A DNA stretch of 64,000 bases. Source: an uncultured Holophagaceae bacterium. Lineage in GTDB: Bacteria; Acidobacteriota; Holophagae; Holophagales; Holophagaceae. The stretch's first letter is position 1, and each line of letters begins with the position of its first letter. Below, piece after piece: positions 50,268 through 59,484 of the stretch. The stretch spans positions 3,676 to 67,675 of the forward strand of contig CAWFOJ010000138.1 in assembly GCA_963816585.1 (NCBI GenBank), written 5' to 3'. Both the position numbers and the translations under genes were made by a program. The notes below the pieces were generated by a model. That model had not been told where the DNA came from, made no database searches, and worked only from the letters and a program-made list of their open reading frames with translations.

Positions 50268-50771
50268 TCAGAAATTGGCGGCGCCGTCCCGCTCGCACCG
50301 GTGGAGGAAGCGGACGACCTCTTCCCGGTCGGCGTCCGCCGGGCGGGCCTGCCAGGGGCTGGTGCGCCGCCACAGGCCCAGCATGTCCTCGGGGCAGCCC
50401 ACCCGGTCGTAGATGGCTTCCACCGCCACGGCCAGGGCTTCAGGCGTGAGGGGCGCGTCCAGGGCCTCCTGGAGCAGGGCCGCGCGCCAGCGGTCCTGGG
50501 CCCGGGCCCAGCGCCGCCCTCCCGGCCGGGGCACCTGGCCAGTGCCCTCCGCGCAGGCGGCCCAGAGGACCGCTTCGAAGCCTGCCATCCGCTCCCCGTC
50601 CAGGGCCCCCAGCTCGAGGCAGCGCGGCCCCGGGCGCGGCTGGCCCAGCGCCCAGCCCTGGATCTCCCGGGGCTCCAGCAGGCCGAAATCGTAGCCGACC
50701 ACCATCTCGTCCCAGCCGATGGGGGGCCGGTCGTGGGATTGCCGGGCCAGGATGCTCAATGCTTGAGCCAT
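50268..50771 (-). CDS. DUF2247-family protein
   Basis: W.EM..G, RW...L, VEAIYDRVGCPEDM pattern. Confidence 0.65.
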   Translation of the reverse strand: MAQALSILARQSHDRPPIGWDEMVVGYDFGLLEPREIQGWALGQPRPGPRCLELGALDGERMAGFEAVLWAACAEGTGQVPRPGGRRWARAQDRWRAALLQEALDAPLTPEALAVAVEAIYDRVGCPEDMLGLWRRTSPWQARPADADREEVVRFLHRCERDGAANF

Positions 50772-50801
50772 GAGTTCCTCCGGAGAAACGTCCCGCTGGT
50801 C

Positions 50802-51740
50802 TCAGGCGAACAGCTGGAGGGCGAGGTGGGCGGCGGTGCGCGCCGAGGTCTGGGAACCGTCCAAGGCGGGCGCCAGTTCCATGATATCGGCGCCGACCCA
50901 GGGGCTGGTCCATCGGTGCACCCGGCGCAGGAGCGCGCACGCCTCCAGGACCGTCAACCCTCCGGGCACCGGCTCGGCCACCGCCGGGCAGAAGGCCGGA
51001 TCCAGCACATCCAGGTCCACGGTGACGTAGGCGGCTTTCTGCCCCACCCGGGCGATGTCCCCCTGGAGCTGGGCGTCCATGCGGGGATCCTGGAGGTCCC
51101 AAGGGGTCCACAGGCGGGCCCCGGCGTCCAGCAGGAACACCAGTTCCTCGCTGTCCATGCGCGGCGCGCGCAGGCCCATCAACACGGTGCGCCTGGGGTC
51201 CAGCAGGCCCTCCTGGATGGCCTGGCGCAGCCAGGTGCCGTGGTGCTGCTTGGTGCCCCAGAACTCTCCCTGGCCCGCGTCCGGGTGGGCATCCAGGTGC
51301 AGGAGCCCCAGGGGTCCCCGTTGCCGGGCATGGGCCCGCAGGGCCCCCAGGGTCATGAGGTGGTCTCCGCCCAGCATCAGGGTGCGCGCACCCTGCCGGA
51401 TCCAGCCCGCCGCTGTCTGATCCACGGCGTCCAGAGCGGCCTCCATGCTGAACGGAAGGGTGGGGATGTTGCCGCCGTCCACCCAGTCCACCGCGGCCGG
51501 GCCGCGCCCGCCTTCGTCCTGCCCCTGCAGGCGCGCCGGCATGGGCAGCCTGCCCAGGCCCAGGGTGGCGTTGCGGATGGCCCAGGGGCCGAACCGGGCG
51601 CCGGGGCGATTGAGCACCCCGCCATCGTAGGGGGCGCCCAGGACCACCCCGGGCACCGGCCCGGGCTCCGCCTGCATGGGCAGCCCCAGGAACGGGGTCA
51701 ACCCGGTGCGCAGGGACTCCAGCAACATCTCCGGTCGCAA
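50802..51740 (-). CDS. speB: Agmatinase / ureohydrolase family protein
   Basis: RPGARFGP, LGGDH, HLDAHPD, HHGT, VDLDVLDP..P...PGG, DIMELAP; GGAGG upstream of TTG. Confidence 0.85.
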   Translation of the reverse strand: MRPEMLLESLRTGLTPFLGLPMQAEPGPVPGVVLGAPYDGGVLNRPGARFGPWAIRNATLGLGRLPMPARLQGQDEGGRGPAAVDWVDGGNIPTLPFSMEAALDAVDQTAAGWIRQGARTLMLGGDHLMTLGALRAHARQRGPLGLLHLDAHPDAGQGEFWGTKQHHGTWLRQAIQEGLLDPRRTVLMGLRAPRMDSEELVFLLDAGARLWTPWDLQDPRMDAQLQGDIARVGQKAAYVTVDLDVLDPAFCPAVAEPVPGGLTVLEACALLRRVHRWTSPWVGADIMELAPALDGSQTSARTAAHLALQLFA

Positions 51741-51761
51741 CAGCCACCTCCCAGGGTTCGG

Positions 51762-52295
51762 TCAGGACACCAGCTTCAGGCGGGTGTAGCGGGCGCGGAT
51801 GCGTTCCAGGTCGCCCTGGTCGATCACCGACCACAGGCGCCGGTCACCCGGCAGGTAATGATCCTCCACCTGGGCCACCACCCGGGCGCCCAGGGCCTCG
51901 TGCACGTTGCGGGCGTCCCAGTTGCCGGGCTCCACCAGGAACCGGCACTCTTCCATGTCCTCCTCCAGGAGCTTTTTCACCATGGCCCGGATCAGCAGGT
52001 AGTTGACCCGGGTCTTGTGGTAGTCCGGATGGACCGCCAGGGTGGCGCAGTAGTTCACCTTGCCCCTGGGGAAGTTCAGGACGTAGCCCACCGGCCGGTC
52101 CCCGTCCAGGGCGAGGAAGCACCACTCGGAGTAGAAGTCGGTGCACAGGCGCAGGTAGTGCGGGCAGAGCATGCCGGCGCCGTCGCCGCTCCAGATCTCC
52201 TGTTCCAGGCGCTTCAGGTGGGCGAAATCGCCGGGCCCCAGCGAACGGACCTCGTAGCGGGGCTGGGCGGGGGTCTGGACCTCGATGGGAGCCAT
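51762..52295 (-). CDS. GNAT-family N-acetyltransferase
   Basis: VGYVL, TLAVHPDYH, V...N..A...HE.LG. Confidence 0.82.
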   Translation of the reverse strand: MAPIEVQTPAQPRYEVRSLGPGDFAHLKRLEQEIWSGDGAGMLCPHYLRLCTDFYSEWCFLALDGDRPVGYVLNFPRGKVNYCATLAVHPDYHKTRVNYLLIRAMVKKLLEEDMEECRFLVEPGNWDARNVHEALGARVVAQVEDHYLPGDRRLWSVIDQGDLERIRARYTRLKLVS

Positions 52296-52390
52296 GGATC
52301 ACCTCCTGGCCATCACCTTCCCGCGGCGCCGTGACCGGGCCGTGCCCGTATCCAGCGAACCGGCTACCGGGCTGAAAATAAATCGTAAAT

Positions 52391-52915
52391 TCAGTCCTGG
52401 TCCCGGCCCGAGTACAGCGCCGCGTAGCTGCGCGGCTCCACCTGGGCGGCGTCCAGGCCCAGCTGGGTCATGGCCTGGCCGATGGCCTCCCGGGAGCCTT
52501 CCAGTTCCAGGAAGCAGCCGTAGGGGGTCTGGTCCAGGCAGGCCTCCAGCTGGTCCCGCTGCCAGATGGCGCGGGTCTTGACGATCTCCAGCACCGGAGC
52601 GAAGCCCAGGGCGGCCAGGATCGCCTCCATGGCCGCGGGGTCGGCCACCTCGGTCTCCACCTCCGCCCGGATCTTCAGCCGGGGATCGGCCACCCGGGGC
52701 CCCTTCCAGGTGAGCACCGCCCGGCCGCCGTACCGGCGCAGGCGCAGGGCGCTGCCCTGGGCCAGCAGCTCGCCGGACCGGTCCCATAGCCGGTTCGCCT
52801 CCAGCGCCGCCGGGTGCACCGGGTGGAACCCGGCCTGGACCAGCAGCGGCTCCAGCGCCTGGGCGGAGGGGACGCGCACCTTCACCTCAATTTCCAAAGG
52901 TCCGGCATGTTTCAT
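52391..52915 (-). CDS. CYTH domain protein (class IV adenylate cyclase-like)
   Basis: EIEVK, ALRLR, LTWKGP, EVET, FLELEG, SY. Confidence 0.9.
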   Translation of the reverse strand: MKHAGPLEIEVKVRVPSAQALEPLLVQAGFHPVHPAALEANRLWDRSGELLAQGSALRLRRYGGRAVLTWKGPRVADPRLKIRAEVETEVADPAAMEAILAALGFAPVLEIVKTRAIWQRDQLEACLDQTPYGCFLELEGSREAIGQAMTQLGLDAAQVEPRSYAALYSGRDQD

Positions 52916-52967
52916 GGGTTGCCCTCACCAAATGATTGCATCATGTCCTGGGAGGTTCGAGCCAGCA

Positions 52968-54275
52968 GTGATTCCCAAACGCTACCTGTTCGCCAGCATG
53001 TTCATCGCGGCGATGCTACTGTTGTTGGCGTTGGTGCAGGCTCCCCGGTCCATCCGGGAGGGCGGGGCGGCGGCTCCGGATGCCGAGATGGACCTGTCCA
53101 TGGAGAGCTTCGAGACCCTGGCCGAGTACCGCCTGCTGGATGGCTGGGCCCCGCGCTTCCAGGGCGCCCAGGATCCGGACCAGGAGAAGCCCTGGCCCTT
53201 CGGCGGGGGTTTCGAGACCCCCTGGGAGCCGGCTTCCGCCTACCTGGGAAACCAGGGACTGGCCCTGAACGGCCCCAGGGAGCACAGCGAAGTGGTCATC
53301 TGGCGCAACCTGGAATGGCGCCATTACCGGTTCGATGCGCCGATCGCCTCGGCCCGCCTGAACCCGGTCAAGGGCAACCTCCTCCTGGTGACCCTCATGC
53401 TGGCTCCCCGGCGGTTCGAGACCCGGCTGCTGGAAATTCCCGAAGGGCGGGTGCTCTGGGCCTCGGACAGCGGCCCGTGGAGCCGGTTCAGCTGGGACGG
53501 CAAGGCGGCGCTCCTGGGCCTGCGCGCCCCGGGGCGGGAGAGCGGCCTGCTGCTCACCGCCCTGCCGGTGGAAGGGGACCTGCCCCCCCCCACCCTGGCC
53601 GCCTGGGACGAGAAGGGCCTGCCGCCGCCCCCGAGGGGCTGGATCACCCGGCCCGAGAACCTGTGGGACGACGGCAAGGATCTCCCGGGCCCACGGGTCC
53701 TGGTGCCCTGGCAGTCCGGAGGCCGGATGTGGTTCCCGCGCAAGGACCGGCTCTGGGTGGGGAGCGGCAACACCTGGAACCTCTGGGCGCTCGCCGACGG
53801 CCGGTGGCGCCGGGAAGCGGCCGGGACCGGCACCCTGCACGCCCAGCCGCCGCTGCGCATGGGCCTGGAGGGGTTCGACCGCAAGGATCCCGGGGCGCGC
53901 AGGACCAGCCCCCTGGACCGGGCCCAGTGGGAGCCGGTGCCGGCGGACACCCCGCCCTGGCCCCCCTGCGACCCGGCCTGGACCTGGTACGCCCCCGACC
54001 TGGCCGTCACCGCCTGGGACCAGCGCTGGGGCAAGGACGCCTCCCTGCCCAAGGAGCGCCAGCGGGAGGCCCTGCTCCGGGGCAACCGGCCCGAATGGCT
54101 CACGGCCACCAAGCTGCGGGCCTCGGTGCGGGGCTGGCTCCCGGACGGGCCGGAGGTGGCCTTGCGGGAGTACGCTGGAGTGGCCTGGGTCTGGGTGGGG
54201 GACCGGGCCATCCTGGAACGGCTCCTGCCCACTCGCAGGCTGCTGGCGGTACGAAACTCCTTGAAACTCCCTTAG
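52968..54275 (+). CDS. Trp/Pro-rich membrane-anchored hypothetical protein
   Basis: N-terminal TM (YLFASMFIAAMLLLLALV), long GC3-biased ORF; GTG start inferred. Confidence 0.75.
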   Translation: MIPKRYLFASMFIAAMLLLLALVQAPRSIREGGAAAPDAEMDLSMESFETLAEYRLLDGWAPRFQGAQDPDQEKPWPFGGGFETPWEPASAYLGNQGLALNGPREHSEVVIWRNLEWRHYRFDAPIASARLNPVKGNLLLVTLMLAPRRFETRLLEIPEGRVLWASDSGPWSRFSWDGKAALLGLRAPGRESGLLLTALPVEGDLPPPTLAAWDEKGLPPPPRGWITRPENLWDDGKDLPGPRVLVPWQSGGRMWFPRKDRLWVGSGNTWNLWALADGRWRREAAGTGTLHAQPPLRMGLEGFDRKDPGARRTSPLDRAQWEPVPADTPPWPPCDPAWTWYAPDLAVTAWDQRWGKDASLPKERQREALLRGNRPEWLTATKLRASVRGWLPDGPEVALREYAGVAWVWVGDRAILERLLPTRRLLAVRNSLKLP

Positions 54276-54335
54276 CCGGTTTCTGTTAGCGTTAGCGCAG
54301 ACCATCGTCCCCACACCGGCCTCCCGAGGTTTACC

Positions 54336-55556
54336 ATGCCCCGTCTCCTCCTCGTGGACGACAACCCCAGCATCCACAAAATCGCCGAGACGCTCCTCGC
54401 CTCCAGCGACGTCGAACTGGTCTCCTGCGGCTCGGGCGCCCAGGCCATGGCCCTGGTCGACCGGGGCGACCGGTTCGACGTGGCGCTCCTGGACACCTCC
54501 ATGCTGGAAATGGACGGCTGGACACTGCTCCAGCGCCTGCGGGATACCGATGCCACCCGGCGCATGCCCGTGGCCATGATGGCCGGCGTGCTGGACGTGG
54601 TGGACCCGGAGCGGGTGCGCCGGGCACCGATCCAGGGCTTCCTCAAGAAGCCCATCGAACTGCGGGACCTGGCCGACCGGGTCCGGCGGCTGCTGGAGAG
54701 CCCCGTCATCCTGCCGGAGCCCCCGGCGCCTCCGCCGGCGGCGGAAGCCCAGGCCGACCTGCTGCTCCTGGAGCCCCGGGACCTGCAGGAGGAGCCCCCG
54801 GCGGCCCGGGAGCTGCCCGGGGACCTGGGGGAGATCCTGGAGCTGGAGGAGCTGGACCTGGAAAGCCTGCGCAGCCTGCCCATGGCCGCCCCCCCGGCGG
54901 AGCCGGAAGCCGCCGTGGCGGCCCTGGATGACGCGACCGTGGACCTGATCCCCATGACGGTCCCGGAATTCCTCCTGTCCGACGCCCTGCCCGACCTGCC
55001 CGCGCTGGCGGGGGCGGAAAGCCCGGTGACCTCCGGCGACCTGCCGGACCTGGCCGCGGAGCCGGACCAGCTGCTGCGGCCCGGGCCCGCCCTGGTGGAT
55101 GCGGACGCGGGACGCGGCGCCGCCCAGCCCATGGACTGGTCCGACGAGAGCGACACCCTGGTGTCCCTGGCCGCCGGCGTCCCGGCGGCGCCCGGACCCA
55201 TGGCGGCGACGCCGCCGGCCCCGTTCCCGGACGGCATCACGCTCACGGACCTGCTGGATTCCGGGCCGCCGCCCCTGGCGGGCGCCGGTGCCGAGGCGGC
55301 GCACGCCATCCGGACCGGCTCCTGGCAGCCTGGCGACGAGCTGTGGACGGCGGCCGGACCGGCCGCGCCCAGCGCTCCCGCCCAGCCGGAAAAGCCGGCC
55401 CCGGCGCCCCTCGCCGCCCTGCTGGAGGACCCGGCGCTCATGGACCGCCTGGCCCGGGCCGTGGTGGCGCGGCTGGGGGACCAGGCGCTGCGGGAGATCG
55501 CCTGGGAGATCATGCCCGACCTGGCGGAACGGCTGCGCCGGAAGGACACCCCGTGA
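54336..55556 (+). CDS. RomR-like response regulator (REC - acidic Pro-rich linker - conserved C-terminal helix)
   Basis: LLLVDD, LLDTSM, FLKKP; C-terminus LARAVVARL...LREIAWEIMPDLAERL. Confidence 0.8.
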   Translation: MPRLLLVDDNPSIHKIAETLLASSDVELVSCGSGAQAMALVDRGDRFDVALLDTSMLEMDGWTLLQRLRDTDATRRMPVAMMAGVLDVVDPERVRRAPIQGFLKKPIELRDLADRVRRLLESPVILPEPPAPPPAAEAQADLLLLEPRDLQEEPPAARELPGDLGEILELEELDLESLRSLPMAAPPAEPEAAVAALDDATVDLIPMTVPEFLLSDALPDLPALAGAESPVTSGDLPDLAAEPDQLLRPGPALVDADAGRGAAQPMDWSDESDTLVSLAAGVPAAPGPMAATPPAPFPDGITLTDLLDSGPPPLAGAGAEAAHAIRTGSWQPGDELWTAAGPAAPSAPAQPEKPAPAPLAALLEDPALMDRLARAVVARLGDQALREIAWEIMPDLAERLRRKDTP

Positions 55557-56203
55557 TCACCGGCTACAACAGCGACGTGCGCCACGGCAGCCGGGTCTTC
55601 CACGTGCAGACCGAGGACAAGGGCTTGGCCAACCCCAAGTTCGAGACCTTGATCTACCTTGGGGGCGAGATATTGGACAGCTGCCGGGGCAGCTACGAGG
55701 ACCTGCTCGCCGATGGGCCGGTGCCGGACCAGGTGATCCAGGCGCGCATGGACGAGCAGCACCGGGCCGTCATCCGGGACATCAAGAACGGCAAGTACGA
55801 CACCACCCAGGGCGACCCGCACCTGGCCGAGCAGCAGGTGTTCAACGACCGGCCCCTGGACCAGGCCATCCTGGAATACCTGGCCCACGAAGGGGATGTG
55901 GACACCCTGGAGCTGGTCCTGGACCGTCCCATCCGGCCGGTGTTCGGCCGCGCCTTCACCTTCGGCGTGCGGGCCCGGCTCTGCGTCAGCCAGAGCCCGG
56001 TGGCCGGAGCCGAAGTGGCGGTGCGGCTCATCTCCAGCTTCAAGAAGGCCGGCACCCTGGCCACCGGCAAGACCGACGTGGACGGCAGCTTCGCGGCCCA
56101 GGTGGACCTGCCGCCAAGCCAGCCGGGGCACTGCGCGGTGGTGATCGCCTGCAGTTCTGAATTCGGCAATGACGAACTCCGGGCCCTCATCACCGAAGCC
56201 TAG
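55553..56203 (+). CDS. RomY-like protein with extra C-terminal Ig/transthyretin-like segment
   Basis: ITGYNSDV...FHVQTEDKG..NP..ETLIY.GG.I...MDEQH...I.NGKYD and LDQAILEYL; GTGA overlap with the upstream regulator. Confidence 0.65.
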   Translation: MITGYNSDVRHGSRVFHVQTEDKGLANPKFETLIYLGGEILDSCRGSYEDLLADGPVPDQVIQARMDEQHRAVIRDIKNGKYDTTQGDPHLAEQQVFNDRPLDQAILEYLAHEGDVDTLELVLDRPIRPVFGRAFTFGVRARLCVSQSPVAGAEVAVRLISSFKKAGTLATGKTDVDGSFAAQVDLPPSQPGHCAVVIACSSEFGNDELRALITEA

Positions 56204-56395
56204 CAATCGCGGAACCCATCCGGCCCACTCCAGGCACCTGGCTGGGCCGAGACGGTCCAGCCCATGCGCCCGCCCCCCACTGGAAACCAGAAGGCCCCTG
56301 GGTTTAATTAATTAGGATTCCAGCCGGATTCTGGCCGGGGCAACCCCCCGCCGCATCCGATACACTGGGAAGACCAAGTTGATCCTGGAGGTTCC

Positions 56396-56941
56396 ATGCC
56401 CGAAACACCGTCACCATGCCTGCTCGACGCCAGGCAGGTGGAAGCCCATCTCCAGCGCATGAGCCGGGAGATCGTGGCCGCCTTCGGCAACGATGACTCC
56501 CTGGCGGTGGTGGGCATCCGCACCCGCGGCCTGCACCTGGCCGAGCGCCTGGTGCCCATGCTCAGGGAGCTCATGCAGAAGGACATCCCCTTGGGGATCC
56601 TGGACATCACCCTGTACCGGGACGACCTGTCGGAACTGGCGGGCAGCCCCATCGTCCGGCCCACGGAGATCCCCTTCACGTTGCGGGGGCGCTCCGTGGT
56701 GCTGGTGGACGACGTGGTCTTCACCGGGCGCACCATCCGGGCCGCCATGGACGCGCTGCTGGACCACGGACGTCCCAACCGCATCTGGCTGGCCGCCCTG
56801 GCGGACCGGGGCGGGCGCCAGCTGCCCATCCAGCCGGACTTCGTCGGCCTGAGGATGGACGTGCCCCTGGACCAGCGAATCTCCGTGAAAGTCAAGGAGG
56901 TGGACGGCCTGGACGGGGTCTACCTGGAGAAGCGGGCCTGA
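56396..56941 (+). CDS. pyrR: Pyrimidine regulatory protein / uracil phosphoribosyltransferase PyrR
   Basis: [49 protein letters not shown]. Confidence 0.96.
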   Translation: MPETPSPCLLDARQVEAHLQRMSREIVAAFGNDDSLAVVGIRTRGLHLAERLVPMLRELMQKDIPLGILDITLYRDDLSELAGSPIVRPTEIPFTLRGRSVVLVDDVVFTGRTIRAAMDALLDHGRPNRIWLAALADRGGRQLPIQPDFVGLRMDVPLDQRISVKVKEVDGLDGVYLEKRA

Positions 56942-56942
56942 C

Positions 56943-57902
<960 letters not shown>

Positions 57903-57911
57903 GAGCCAGCC

Positions 57912-59436
57912 ATGATCCAAGGCCCCATCACCCTCCTCATCCTTGACGGCTTCGGGGAAGGCGCCCGCAACGCCTTCGACGCCACCTTCGTTGCCGGCAT
58001 GCCCCATCTCAACGACCTGCGCCGGCGCTATGCGGCCACCCAGCTGGAAGCGGGCGGGGAGGGCGTGGGCCTGCCCGCGGGCCAGTTCGGCAATTCGGAA
58101 GTGGGCCACATGAACCTGGGCGCCGGCCGGGTGGTTTGGCAGGAACTCACCCGCATCGACGCGGCGATCCGCAAGGGCACCTTCCGGGAGAACCGGCCCA
58201 TCGGCGAACTGCTGGAGGGGCTCAAGGCCTCGGGCCGGCGCCTGCATCTCCTGGGCCTGGTCTCGGACGGCGGCGTGCACAGCCACCAGAACCACCTGGT
58301 GGCCCTGGCCCAGTGGGCCCAGGCCGAGGGCGTGCCGGCCACCGTGCATGCCTTCCTGGACGGGCGCGACACGGCCCAGAAGAGCGCCGACGGCTACCTG
58401 CAGTGGCTGGAGTTCCAGCTGCGCAGCACCCCCCTGGTGACCGTGGGCTCACTCTGCGGCCGCTACTATGCCATGGACCGGGACAAGCGCTGGGACCGGC
58501 TGGAGCGGGCCTGGAAGATGATGGTGGACGGGGCCCCCGAGTTCAAGGCGGAGGACGCCCAGGCGGGTATCCGGGCCGCCTATGACCGGGGCGAGACCGA
58601 CGAGTTCGTGCGCCCCACCCAGTTGGGGGCCTTCCAGCCGATCCAGGACGGGGACGGGGTGCTCTTCTTCAACTTCCGCGCCGACCGGGCCCGGGAGTTG
58701 TGCCACGCCCTGGTGGACCCGGCCTTCGACGGCTTCCGGCGCGACCGCATGCCCAAGGTGCGCATGGTCACCTTCACCGCCTACGAGCGGGACCTGGACC
58801 CCTACGTCACGGTCGCCTACCCGCCCCAGAACCTCACCAACCTCCTGGGCGAGGTGGTGGCCCGCCGGGGCTGGAAGCAGCTGCGCACCGCCGAGACGGA
58901 GAAAGTACGCCCACGTCACCTACTTCTTCAATGGCGGGAGGGAGGAGCCGTTCGCGGGGGAGGACCGCAGGCTGGTGCCCTCGCCCAAGGTGGCCACCTA
59001 CGAACTGCAGCCGGAGATGAGCGCCCACGAAGTGGTGCGCGGGCTCCTGCAGGCCATCGACGGCGGGGACTACCGCTTCATGGTGTGCAACCTGGCCAAC
59101 CCCGACATGGTGGGCCATACCGGGGACCTGAACGCCGCCGCCGCCGCCTGCGCGGTGGTGGACGACGCCATCCGCCAGGTGGCCTGGCGCACCCTGGCCA
59201 GGGGCGGGGCACTGCTGGTCACCGCCGACCACGGCAACTGCGAGTGCATGCGCGACGAGAAAGGCGACCCGCATACCGCCCACACCACCAATCCGGTGCC
59301 CGCGGTGCTGGTGGCGCGGGGCTTCGAGACCTTCCAGCTGCACGCCGGCGGCGCCCTGGCCGACGTGGCGCCGACCCTGCTCAAGCTCATGGGCCTGGAC
59401 CAGCCGGTGGAAATGGACGGCACCGCCCTGTTCTGA
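57912..59436 (+). CDS. gpmI: 2,3-bisphosphoglycerate-independent phosphoglycerate mutase (indel near 58903)
   Basis: ILDGFG, GNSEVGHMN, SDGGVHSH, GRYYAMDRD, AETEK/YAHVTYFFNGG, NPDMVGHTG, TADHGN. Confidence 0.96.
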
Positions 59437-59484
59437 TCCCCGCCAAGCAGGTTCCCCGCAGGTCCGGAGCCATGGAGCGCCAAC

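Noticed and set aside
56204-56395. PyrR attenuator upstream of pyrR
   Set aside because: No ARUCCNGNGAGGYU binding loop or U-tailed terminator is visible.
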